64,000 bases of DNA, from the NCBI GenBank assembly GCA_964507665.1, contig CAZDPT010000001.1, forward strand, positions 33,912-97,911. Direction: 5' to 3'. A model generated the notes under the pieces. It searched no databases. It worked only from the letters and a program-made list of their open reading frames with translations, and was not told where the DNA came from. Source of the stretch: an uncultured Candidatus Saccharibacteria bacterium. GTDB lineage: Bacteria > Patescibacteriota > Minisyncoccia > Minisyncoccales > CAYZYK01. Below, in pieces: positions 37,735 through 46,560 of this stretch (the first letter of the stretch is position 1; each line of letters begins with the position of its first letter). Both the position numbers and the translations under genes were made by a program.

Positions 37735-39032
37735 ACAAAGATTATCAAAAAGGAGTTTCTATTTTTTTGGCTGTATCTTTAATGTCAATAGTTTTTATTA
37801 TTGTTCTTGGAATAAGTTTGATATTAGCCAGCCAACTTAAAATAACAAGAGCTACTGGGAGATCTGTGACCTCTTTCTTTGTTGCAGATAGTGGGATTGA
37901 AAGAACCTATTATATTGATAGGAAATTAGGATCTACAGGAACAGTAAGGGGTCTTTGTAATATTGTTGAGGGAGGGGAGTGCTCTTCTGTTTTCTGTGAG
38001 GGTTGTGAAAATTGTGAAACTACTGATCTTCCTTCAAACTACAATAGGGGGAGTTGTGATAGAGAAAACTGTGTGGATTGTAAAATATCTTTTAATTCTG
38101 AATTTAATGATAAAAAATATGAAGTTATTGTTTTAATAAAAGGAATTGAACCTCCGCCTCAAATTGATTATGTAGACCCAGATGGTGATGGGTGGGCAAT
38201 GGAATGGAGTTGTGTTCATGAAGGTTCTTCTCCTAATCCCTGTATAAACGGACATTACGATGCAATCGATAAGTTTGTGAGAAATCCAACTACTCCAAGT
38301 TTATCAGATTACATTTATACCTCAAACAGTGGAAGCAGCGATTATTTTACCATGAGCACAGTGCCCGAGGTTGGGGAAGTAAAAGAAGTTAAAGTATGGA
38401 TTTATGGTAGAAAAGATTCGGAAGGAAGAGATGTAGGAGCTGATATTTATATGGGGGGTTGGCAAGGAGGATGGCATGGGTTTGGTATTCAAACGACACC
38501 TTCTTGGAAAAGTGTTGCTTTTTCTGGAAAATGGAATCAAGCAGACTTAGATAATTTAAAGATTGAATTAACCAGAGCAGATGGTGGGACAGGAGCTACT
38601 TTTATCTATGCTATGTATGCTGAGATTACTTATTTGCCTTCCAATGTTCCCACCGAAAATATTATTAAATCCTTTGGGACTCATAAAAACACCAAGAGGG
38701 CAATTGAAATAACTTATTTGAAAGGAATGCCAGGACCAACGCCATCTCCTGAAGGTCCTATCATCACTAATGCAGATGTAGAACCTCACTCCGTTCCTGA
38801 AGGAAAAAAACTTGTTATTTCTGCTGATATTATTGATCCCGATGGAGTAGATCCATCAACGACCTGGGCTCATATTCAGAGCCCAGATGAAACTGAGATT
38901 GATGCTGTAATTTTAGATCTAATTGGAGAGAATAAATATGAAGGAACTTGGACAGGATCTGTGGGTACTTATTATGTGGATATTACCGCTTGTGACCTAA
39001 ATGGAAATTGTAGTGAAGAGGAGAATATTTAA
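37731..39032 (+). CDS. PilX-N-domain-like, cysteine-rich putative pilus tip/minor pilin protein
   Basis: N-terminal hydrophobic helix followed by RSVTSFFVADSGIE (resembles the PilX_N AEAG motif). Cys-rich middle region. Start overlaps the upstream stop. 433 aa. Confidence 0.5.
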   Translation: MNKDYQKGVSIFLAVSLMSIVFIIVLGISLILASQLKITRATGRSVTSFFVADSGIERTYYIDRKLGSTGTVRGLCNIVEGGECSSVFCEGCENCETTDLPSNYNRGSCDRENCVDCKISFNSEFNDKKYEVIVLIKGIEPPPQIDYVDPDGDGWAMEWSCVHEGSSPNPCINGHYDAIDKFVRNPTTPSLSDYIYTSNSGSSDYFTMSTVPEVGEVKEVKVWIYGRKDSEGRDVGADIYMGGWQGGWHGFGIQTTPSWKSVAFSGKWNQADLDNLKIELTRADGGTGATFIYAMYAEITYLPSNVPTENIIKSFGTHKNTKRAIEITYLKGMPGPTPSPEGPIITNADVEPHSVPEGKKLVISADIIDPDGVDPSTTWAHIQSPDETEIDAVILDLIGENKYEGTWTGSVGTYYVDITACDLNGNCSEEENI

Positions 39033-39115
39033 AGAATTATTTTTATTAAACGAAAAGAAACAGATACATAGTCTTATAAAGTATAGAATAATATGATAAA
39101 ATAGAGAAAGGAAAT

Positions 39116-41005
39116 ATGAAGAAATTTTTCTTTATTATTGCTTTAATCTTCTGTTTTGGCTTATTTTCTTTGGTTTCAGCCCAGGGGCCAAGTTTTGAGA
39201 TTGTTCCTGTTGCAGAACCAACGATTGAGAACACGAATGTTTCCCAGACCGAAAGCGTTGTTACTATAACAGCAGGAGCTTTTGATATTTCTGGAATTTC
39301 TTCGGTAGTTGCGGTAATTAAAGATTTTGAAGGAAATAAAGTTAATAGATTGAGTTTATATGACAATGGAAGTTTTCCAGACCAAGAAGCCAATGATAAT
39401 ATCTATACTACCTCAGATTCTTTTTCTGGTTATTCCCCTGGCACTTATACCGTAGATATTTTTGCGGTAGATAGTTTGGGGTTTACTGAATATGTTGAGA
39501 ATATAGGAAGCTTTGAAGTTACAATAACTGATTTTCCTCAAGTTACCACCCACCCTGCAAGTTCAATTGGAACAACAACTGCAACAGGAAATGGAGAGAT
39601 CACTGATGTTGGAGGAGAAAACTGTGATGAGAAAGGCTTTGAATGGGGAACTACTCCAGGAGGTCCTTATCCTAATGAAGTAACAGAAACAGGAACCTTC
39701 ACTGAAAGTGGTTTTTTAATAGATATAACAGACTTGACTCCAGGAACAACCTATTATTACAGAGCAAAGGCTCACAACTCTGCTGGTTGGGGCTATGGGG
39801 AAGAGGAGAGTTTCAGTACTTTAAGTCAAGCTGGTTGTACCCCCGGTGAAACCAAACAATGTACTTCCTCTCAGGGTTGTACTCACACCATAACCTGTTC
39901 TTCTGGGGGTGTTTGGCCAACTTGTCCAACAGATGCTTGTGTTGCTAACACCAGCGATAGCCTAGATTGTTCCCAATCAACCTTTGAAGGCTGTATAGGT
40001 AACCTTTCTGGGATAAGAGATCTTTACGGGGATTGTGACAGTAACTGTCAATGTACAGAGGACTCTTTTAATTATATTTGTATAGAAGGGAGCTGTGGGG
40101 CAGAATGTGATGCTGGTTCTGATTGTTCTTGTCCAACAGATGGTTGTCAAGGAAGAGATTACTACGACTATCCAGAACACGGAAGCTGTACTTCAAATTG
40201 TCTCTGTAGTATAGGAACAGAGACAGGGGAACCATGTGAACCAACTATTACCTCAAATGATTCAAGATGTATTAGTGTTCCTCAAGTTACCACTCACCCT
40301 GCAAGTTCAATTGGAACAACAACTGCAACAGGAAATGGAGAGATCACTGATGTTGGAGGAGAAAACTGTGATGAGAAAGGCTTTGAATGGGGAACTACTC
40401 CAGGAGGTCCTTATCCTAATGAAGTAACAGAAACAGGAACCTTCACTGAAAGTGGTTTTTTAATAGATATAACAGACTTGACTCCAGGAACAACCTATTA
40501 TTACAGAGCAAAGGCTCACAACTCTGCTGGTTGGGGCTATGGGGAAGAGGAGAGTTTCAGTACTTTAAGTCAAGTCGGTACTTCTCCAAACTGTGATTCA
40601 TTCTCTGGAGCTTCTCTCTGTGTGAATACCGAGACCTTTATTGACTTACCTCCTCAATGTAACAGTACAGTCCCAGATTCAGTCAATGTTCTTCAAGAAT
40701 TCCAGATTGATGTTAGTGGTTCCACTGACGATAATGGAATCAGCCAGGTTCGTTTCAAATCTGATCATATTCAGAATGGAACACAGAAAGGAGAGTGGAC
40801 TAGTTGGTATTCTTGGAATAGTTCAGCTGTAGATTGGGATTCTCAAAGAAAAACAATGAACTGGAACTTCCCAGAAGCAGGAGACAAAGAAGTCTGGGTA
40901 GAATTAAAAGATAGCAGAGGTCAGACCTCTAAATGTTCAGATACCATAACTGTCTCTGGAACTGCAAACTGTGATTCATTCTCTGGAGCTTATCTCTGCT
41001 TCTGA
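39116..41005 (+). CDS. secreted protein with two identical fibronectin-type-III-like domains separated by a Cys-rich module; candidate adhesin
   Basis: Signal peptide (LVSAQG). Domain sequence ...TDLTPGTTYYYRAKAHNSAGWGYGEE occurs twice. 32 Cys between the repeats. A repeated C-terminal ...NCDSFSGA(S/Y)LC motif. Confidence 0.6.
   Translation: MKKFFFIIALIFCFGLFSLVSAQGPSFEIVPVAEPTIENTNVSQTESVVTITAGAFDISGISSVVAVIKDFEGNKVNRLSLYDNGSFPDQEANDNIYTTSDSFSGYSPGTYTVDIFAVDSLGFTEYVENIGSFEVTITDFPQVTTHPASSIGTTTATGNGEITDVGGENCDEKGFEWGTTPGGPYPNEVTETGTFTESGFLIDITDLTPGTTYYYRAKAHNSAGWGYGEEESFSTLSQAGCTPGETKQCTSSQGCTHTITCSSGGVWPTCPTDACVANTSDSLDCSQSTFEGCIGNLSGIRDLYGDCDSNCQCTEDSFNYICIEGSCGAECDAGSDCSCPTDGCQGRDYYDYPEHGSCTSNCLCSIGTETGEPCEPTITSNDSRCISVPQVTTHPASSIGTTTATGNGEITDVGGENCDEKGFEWGTTPGGPYPNEVTETGTFTESGFLIDITDLTPGTTYYYRAKAHNSAGWGYGEEESFSTLSQVGTSPNCDSFSGASLCVNTETFIDLPPQCNSTVPDSVNVLQEFQIDVSGSTDDNGISQVRFKSDHIQNGTQKGEWTSWYSWNSSAVDWDSQRKTMNWNFPEAGDKEVWVELKDSRGQTSKCSDTITVSGTANCDSFSGAYLCF
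39536..39830 (+). repeat. 295-bp intragenic direct repeat, copy 1 (one mismatch versus copy 2)
   Basis: cctcaagttaccacccaccctgcaag... to ...tactttaagtcaag is repeated at 40280..40574. Confidence 0.85.
40280..40574 (+). repeat. 295-bp intragenic direct repeat, copy 2
   Basis: See copy 1. Confidence 0.85.
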
Positions 41006-41164
41006 AATTTTTGTCTACCTTTTCATCTTGAAGAATTAGGGATATAGAAAATTTATGATAAAATGATATTAAGTAAATTTCATATAAAACTTAGAAATAA
41101 ATTATTTTATTGAAATTAATATTTTATCAAAAGGTCAGATAAATTTTTAAAATTACTTATTTTC

Positions 41165-41590
41165 ATGTCAAAAATAGATAAAGTTTCATTAATTGTAATT
41201 CTGATTTTAATCGTTGGAATAGGAATTTCTTATTATTTTATCCAACAACAGAAATCCAATCTCTTTTTGGCTTTAAGAAAGTTAATTTTTGAGGAAAAGG
41301 AGGAGATGACAGAAAAAACAGCAGCGGATGAAGAAGAAGAGGAAGAAGGGGAGGAAAGGGAAGAGAAAGAAAAACATCCAGATGTTGTTCAAGGTACAAT
41401 TAACTTTTCTAAGGAAGAAAATCGAACTATAATTGAAACAGAAAAAGGAGAGGATCTCGTGTTGTGGCCCCCTTATCCCGGATCCCATTATGAGGAAAGG
41501 GGAATTGAAGAAGGACAAAAAGTTAAGATTAGGGGAAAACTTTTGAGCGACCAACGGATTTATGTAGGAGAAATAGAAGTCGTTGAGTAA
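41165..41590 (+). CDS. hypothetical membrane-anchored protein with polyacidic stretch
   Basis: N-terminal TM. EEEEEEGEEREEKEK run. Confidence 0.4.
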   Translation: MSKIDKVSLIVILILIVGIGISYYFIQQQKSNLFLALRKLIFEEKEEMTEKTAADEEEEEEGEEREEKEKHPDVVQGTINFSKEENRTIIETEKGEDLVLWPPYPGSHYEERGIEEGQKVKIRGKLLSDQRIYVGEIEVVE

Positions 41591-41661
41591 GTTGAATAAT
41601 ATTAAAACTATAATAAAAAGAACTAAAGGTCGTAAAAAAACAATATTGTTAAGTTGAATTC

Positions 41662-42384
41662 ATGAACAAAAGAAGAGTTTTAATTGGAACAATTTGTATT
41701 TTTGCTTTTTTGGTCCTTCTTTTGCCCGCTAGCACTGAGGCAGGCACAGTTGTAAAAATAGAAATTACTTATGCAAAAAGAGCAGACAGAACACGTTTTT
41801 GTCTTCCTCCAGGAACAGATGTAATTTTAAGAAAAATTTTTAGAAGTGGAACCAAATTTCAATCACAAAGCTCATTTACATATAAAACCCAAACACAAAA
41901 GTGTGAAGGTGAAATAATTGATTTAGGAATTGTTCCGCGTTGGCCACCTTCAACAATAGAGATAATGCACCCAGGGTTTATGTATATGTTTGATTTTAAT
42001 GTGGATGTTTGTTACTCCACTTATGATGGTTATTGTTGGAGGCTAGCAGGTGAGGATGTGAGTTGTATGGAGGTCTGTCAGGATTATTATGATTTGGTTG
42101 GCCCCCCTGATAATTGTACTCAATATGTTCCGGCAGCAGAAATAGAAAAAATTATGAAAAAGGTGCTCTTGAGCCCAGACAACCTATCTCCTAGATGTGG
42201 GAGTCCAAAATCTTATTGTCCTGCGGGTTGGGTTGAGCATGAGGGGGTATACTCCTGTTACACCTGTGAAGAAGAAGGTGGTCCTGTGGCTCTTTGGCCC
42301 GGCGGGGGTGACTATTGTAATTATAAAGGAAAGATGATTCAGCTTTGTGCCTGTGGAGCGGGATTTAGACTCTCAGGGTTTTGA
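41662..42384 (+). CDS. hypothetical secreted cysteine-rich protein
   Basis: Signal peptide (ASTEAG). About 18 Cys in 240 aa. Confidence 0.4.
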   Translation: MNKRRVLIGTICIFAFLVLLLPASTEAGTVVKIEITYAKRADRTRFCLPPGTDVILRKIFRSGTKFQSQSSFTYKTQTQKCEGEIIDLGIVPRWPPSTIEIMHPGFMYMFDFNVDVCYSTYDGYCWRLAGEDVSCMEVCQDYYDLVGPPDNCTQYVPAAEIEKIMKKVLLSPDNLSPRCGSPKSYCPAGWVEHEGVYSCYTCEEEGGPVALWPGGGDYCNYKGKMIQLCACGAGFRLSGF

Positions 42385-42538
42385 ATTTGAAACAGAATTT
42401 AGACTCCTTTGTTCTTTGTAGTAATTTTTAGATATTAGTTATTGTAACTGAAAAATAAATTCAACTAGAATTATAATCTGGTTTTAAGGTAGTCTTTATT
42501 ACAACTAATAATAATTAAAGAAATTTAGAAATAAGTTT

Positions 42539-42982
42539 ATGTCATCCCAGAAAAAAATTATAATAGGGGTAGTGATTATTATTATAGCTGTAGTAGCATT
42601 TAGTTTAAAAACTAAGTTTATTAAAGATAAACAGGAGGTTTCTCTTGAAAAAGAAGAAAAAGAATTGACTAGAGAAGAGATTGTTAGTGTTTTACAACAA
42701 AACGAGAAGGGAGCAGACTACCTTGAAAAGAATGATGTTTTTGAAATAGGAGAAAACAAACCCTTGACTAAAGAAGACATTTTGAAGAACCAGAAAGAGA
42801 AAAGATATAAAGAAATTTATCAAGATTTGTCTCCAGAAGATAACAAATATTCTAAAGTAACATTAATAAATGAAGCAGGGAAGGGTTTATTTTTAATCTT
42901 GGATTTGAACAATCAGAAAGTTGTTGAAATTCATGATTTAATTCTATTGAAAGCTCAAGTGAAACCAGAAGAGAGCAATTGA
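42539..42982 (+). CDS. hypothetical membrane-anchored protein
   Basis: N-terminal TM, charged ectodomain. Confidence 0.4.
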   Translation: MSSQKKIIIGVVIIIIAVVAFSLKTKFIKDKQEVSLEKEEKELTREEIVSVLQQNEKGADYLEKNDVFEIGENKPLTKEDILKNQKEKRYKEIYQDLSPEDNKYSKVTLINEAGKGLFLILDLNNQKVVEIHDLILLKAQVKPEESN

Positions 42983-43063
42983 AGAGAATTTTATCTAAAA
43001 AATAAGTCAAAAAGTCCTTTAAACGGGATTTTTTGATTCCAGAAAGTAAGGTATAATAATAAT

Positions 43064-45124
43064 ATGACCAAAAAAGAAGCTAAAAAAAGGATAAAAAAAC
43101 TGAGAGAAACTATTCGTCATCACCGCTATCTTTATCATGTTCAAGATAAACAAGAGATTTCAGAAGCTGCTCTTGATTCTTTAAAAAAAGAACTTTTTGA
43201 TTTAGAACAAAAATATCCTGAGCTGGTAACTCCCGATTCACCGACTCAAAGAATAAGCGGGAAGCCTTTGGAGGAATTTGAGAAAGCAGAACATCCCCAA
43301 AGAATGCTCTCTTTTAATGATGCTTTTTCAGAGCAGGATATGAAAGATTGGTTGGAAAGGATTTCAAAACTTTTAACTGAGAAAGAAAAAGAGAAAATAG
43401 GTTTTTATTGTGAGTTAAAATTAGATGGTCTGGCTGTTGAGTTGATTTATAGGAATAAGAGTTTGAAAGTGGGTTCAACTAGAGGAGATGGTAAGATTGG
43501 GGAAAATGTTATTCAAAACTTAAAAACAATCGAGGCTATTCCTTTAAAATTACGATATCAAAAGAAGATAGTAAGAGATTTTAAAAAAGAAAGACTTAAT
43601 AGTATTTCCCAGACCATCAAAGATAAAGGGTTCAAAGAAGTGATAGTTAGAGGAGAAGTTTTTTTACCTAAAAAAGAGTTTAAAAAAATTAACAAAAAGA
43701 GAACAAAGAAAGGTAAACCCCCTTATGCTAATCCTAGAAATGTTGCTGCAGGTTCAGTTCGACAACTTGATCCGAAAGTTACTGCTTCAAGAAATTTAGG
43801 TTTTCATGCCTATGATATAATAACTGACTTTGGACAGAAAACTCACCTTGAGGATCATAAGGTTTTGGAGGTTTTAGGTTTCAAAACCAATAATAAACAT
43901 AACAAATATTGTAAAAATCTAAAACAGGTTTTTAAATTTCATAAAAAATCTCAAGAGAAAAGAGAAAAACTTCCCTATGAGATTGACGGGGTAGTGGTAA
44001 ATGTTAATTCTAAGAGAATTTTTAAAAAATTAGGGGTAGTTGGCAAAGCTCCTAGGGGGGCTGTTGCTTTTAAATTTCCCTTACAGCAAGCAACAACTAA
44101 AGTAAAGGATATAAAGGTTCAGGTAGGAAGGACAGGGGCTGTAACTCCAATTGCAATTCTGAGTCCCGTTGAAGTTGGGGGAGTTACAATCACCCGAGCT
44201 ACCTTACATAATACTGATGAAATCAAAAGATTAGGAATTAAAATCGGAGATACAGTAGTTGTAGGTAGAGCCGGTGATGTTATACCCAATGTAGTCAGAG
44301 TTTTAACTGAGATGCGGACAGGAAAAGAGAAGAAATTTAGAATGCCCCCAAAATGTCCTACTTGTGGAACAAAACTAAAAAAGCCAAAAGGTGAAGTTGC
44401 TTGGAAATGTCCTAATCCAGATTGTTTTGCCAGAAAAAAAAGATATTTTTATCATTTTGTATCCAAGGGGGCTTTTGATATTGAAGGATTAGGACCTAAA
44501 ATCATTAATCAATTATTAGAGGAGGGTTTGATTGGGGACCCCGCTGATTTATTTGAAATAGAAAAAGGAGATTTATTACCCCTTGAAAGATTTGCTGAAA
44601 AATCAGCTCAGAATTTAATAGAAGCCATAAAAAAAAGTAAAGAGATAAACTTAGTACGATTTATTTATTCTTTAGGAATTCCTCAAGTTGGGGAACAAAC
44701 CGCTCAGGATTTAGCCAATTATTTTGGTTCAATTAAAAAATTAAAAGAAGCTTCTCTGCGAGAGTTAGAGGAGATTCAGGATATAGGACCTGTGGTCGCA
44801 GAGTCAATTTCTAACTGGTTTAATAAAAAAAGCAACAGGAAATTACTCTTGAAACTGAAAGAAGCAGGAGTGGAGATTAAAAAAATGGGTAAATTACAGA
44901 AACTAAAAGGTAAAACCTTTATTTTAACTGGAAGTTTATCTACTTGGTCACGGCATGAAGCAAAAAAGAAAATCAGGCAACTTGGCGGGAAAGTTCTAAG
45001 TTCTGTTTCTAAGAGAGTTGATTATTTGGTAGTTGGTGAAAACCCTGGTTCAAAACTTGAGAAGGCAAAAAAATTAGGAATAAAAAGAATAAATGAGGAT
45101 CAATTTTTAAAAATGATTAAATAA
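43064..45124 (+). CDS. ligA: NAD-dependent DNA ligase LigA
   Basis: Adenylation motif KLDGLAV, OB fold, Zn-finger CPTCGTKL...CPNPDC, HhH, C-terminal BRCT (KTFILTGSL). Confidence 0.92.
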   Translation: MTKKEAKKRIKKLRETIRHHRYLYHVQDKQEISEAALDSLKKELFDLEQKYPELVTPDSPTQRISGKPLEEFEKAEHPQRMLSFNDAFSEQDMKDWLERISKLLTEKEKEKIGFYCELKLDGLAVELIYRNKSLKVGSTRGDGKIGENVIQNLKTIEAIPLKLRYQKKIVRDFKKERLNSISQTIKDKGFKEVIVRGEVFLPKKEFKKINKKRTKKGKPPYANPRNVAAGSVRQLDPKVTASRNLGFHAYDIITDFGQKTHLEDHKVLEVLGFKTNNKHNKYCKNLKQVFKFHKKSQEKREKLPYEIDGVVVNVNSKRIFKKLGVVGKAPRGAVAFKFPLQQATTKVKDIKVQVGRTGAVTPIAILSPVEVGGVTITRATLHNTDEIKRLGIKIGDTVVVGRAGDVIPNVVRVLTEMRTGKEKKFRMPPKCPTCGTKLKKPKGEVAWKCPNPDCFARKKRYFYHFVSKGAFDIEGLGPKIINQLLEEGLIGDPADLFEIEKGDLLPLERFAEKSAQNLIEAIKKSKEINLVRFIYSLGIPQVGEQTAQDLANYFGSIKKLKEASLRELEEIQDIGPVVAESISNWFNKKSNRKLLLKLKEAGVEIKKMGKLQKLKGKTFILTGSLSTWSRHEAKKKIRQLGGKVLSSVSKRVDYLVVGENPGSKLEKAKKLGIKRINEDQFLKMIK

Positions 45125-45140
45125 GATTAATTAAGTTAAA

Positions 45141-46232
45141 ATGAATTTTATTATTTCTCATTTTAAAAGACTAGATTGGATTTTAATCGGAAGTGTTGTT
45201 TTTTTAACTTTATTGGGTTTAGTTTCAATTTATAGTTCTTCTTTTCGTAATAGTGATTTTTTGAATTTCAAAAAACAAATTATTTTTTTTGGTATAGGAT
45301 TTTGTTTAATGCTCGGAATGAGTTTTTTCGATTACAGGGTTCTTAAAAATAATTCTTCTTTAATTTTAATTCTTTATTCTTTATGTTTATTTCTCTTGGT
45401 GGGAGTGTTTTTTTTAGCTCCAACTATAAGAGGAATTAAAGGATGGTATAAGATAGGAGGTGTTTCTTTTGATCCTGTAGTTCCCACAGAAATTATTTTG
45501 ATAATTCTGTTTGCCAAATACTTTTCGATGAGACATGTGGAGATGTATAAATTTAGACATATCTTTTTTTCAGGGATTTATGTGATAATACCGAGTGTTT
45601 TAATCTTCTTACAACCCGATCTAGGTCCGGTTATAATTTTAATTATGATTTGGCTGGGAATTTTAATTATTTCTGGAATTAAAACTCGTCATCTTTTAAT
45701 TCTTATTCTATGTAGCATTTTAATTTTAGGTTTAAGTTGGCAGTTTTTTTTAAAAGATTATCAAAAACAGAGGATTATAAGTTTTATAGTACCCTATGAT
45801 CCTTTAGGGATTTCTTGGAGCCAGAACCAGGCAGAGGTTGCGATAGGATCTTCATCTCTTTTTGGTAAAGGTTTGAAACATGGTTCTCAAACCCAATATG
45901 GATTTTTACCCGAACCCCAAACTGATTTTATCTTCGCTGCTTTAACTGAAGAAACTGGTTTAATTGGAATTGGATTCCTTCTTTCACTATTCGGTTTATT
46001 TTTATGGAGAATAGTAAAAATAGCTCAAAGTTCTCAGTCAAACTTTTCTCGAATTTTTAGTTTGGGTGTTGCTATTTTTATCTTCTCTCAATTTTTTGTA
46101 AATATTGGTATGAATTTAGGACTTTTACCGATTATAGGGATTTCTTTGCCTTTTGTAAGTTACGGTGGTTCTAATTTAATTTTTACATATATTGCTGTGG
46201 GAATACTTCAAAGCATGAAAATTAACAGTTAG
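45141..46232 (+). CDS. SEDS-family peptidoglycan polymerase (FtsW/RodA)
   Basis: 10-TM architecture, 363 aa, conserved PEPQTDFIFA and GISLPFVSYGGS blocks. Confidence 0.8.
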   Translation: MNFIISHFKRLDWILIGSVVFLTLLGLVSIYSSSFRNSDFLNFKKQIIFFGIGFCLMLGMSFFDYRVLKNNSSLILILYSLCLFLLVGVFFLAPTIRGIKGWYKIGGVSFDPVVPTEIILIILFAKYFSMRHVEMYKFRHIFFSGIYVIIPSVLIFLQPDLGPVIILIMIWLGILIISGIKTRHLLILILCSILILGLSWQFFLKDYQKQRIISFIVPYDPLGISWSQNQAEVAIGSSSLFGKGLKHGSQTQYGFLPEPQTDFIFAALTEETGLIGIGFLLSLFGLFLWRIVKIAQSSQSNFSRIFSLGVAIFIFSQFFVNIGMNLGLLPIIGISLPFVSYGGSNLIFTYIAVGILQSMKINS

Positions 46233-46263
46233 TCTATTTATTAAAATTAAGGTAACAGAAGGC

Positions 46264-46291
46264 TTGACAAAACTTTTAAAATGAATATAAT
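46264..46291 (+). promoter_or_regulatory. sigma70-like promoter for rpoBC (TTGACA-16nt-TATAAT)
   Basis: ttgaca at 46264-46269, tataat at 46286-46291. Confidence 0.55.
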
Positions 46292-46299
46292 GGATAATT

Positions 46300-46540
46300 G
46301 AGTTTTAAAAATTAGAAATTAAAAGGTGTTTCTTAATTCTCTGGGATTTTTAATTTAAACTGAATCTGCTACCCCGCTTCCTGCAGTAGTGATTTTTAAC
46401 TTTATTTTGAAGGTTTTTGTATCTTTTTAAACTTATCTGTTCTCGGGATTTATCTGCTTTGAGAAAGTTAAAATCAAAGAAAGGTGCAGTTTTTAAGAGG
46501 CGGGGTAACCCTAATGATATTTAGGGTTTTTTGTAGTTTT
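46300..46540 (+). promoter_or_regulatory. about 240-nt structured rpoB leader ending in a terminator-like hairpin (aaccctaa tgatat ttagggtt followed by a T-tract); attenuator or small RNA candidate
   Basis: 8-bp hairpin at 46507-46528 followed by ttttgtagtttt. Long-range complementarity taccccgc (46369-76) with gcggggta (46500-07). Confidence 0.4.
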
Positions 46541-46560
46541 ATAAAGTAAAAACATCAATT

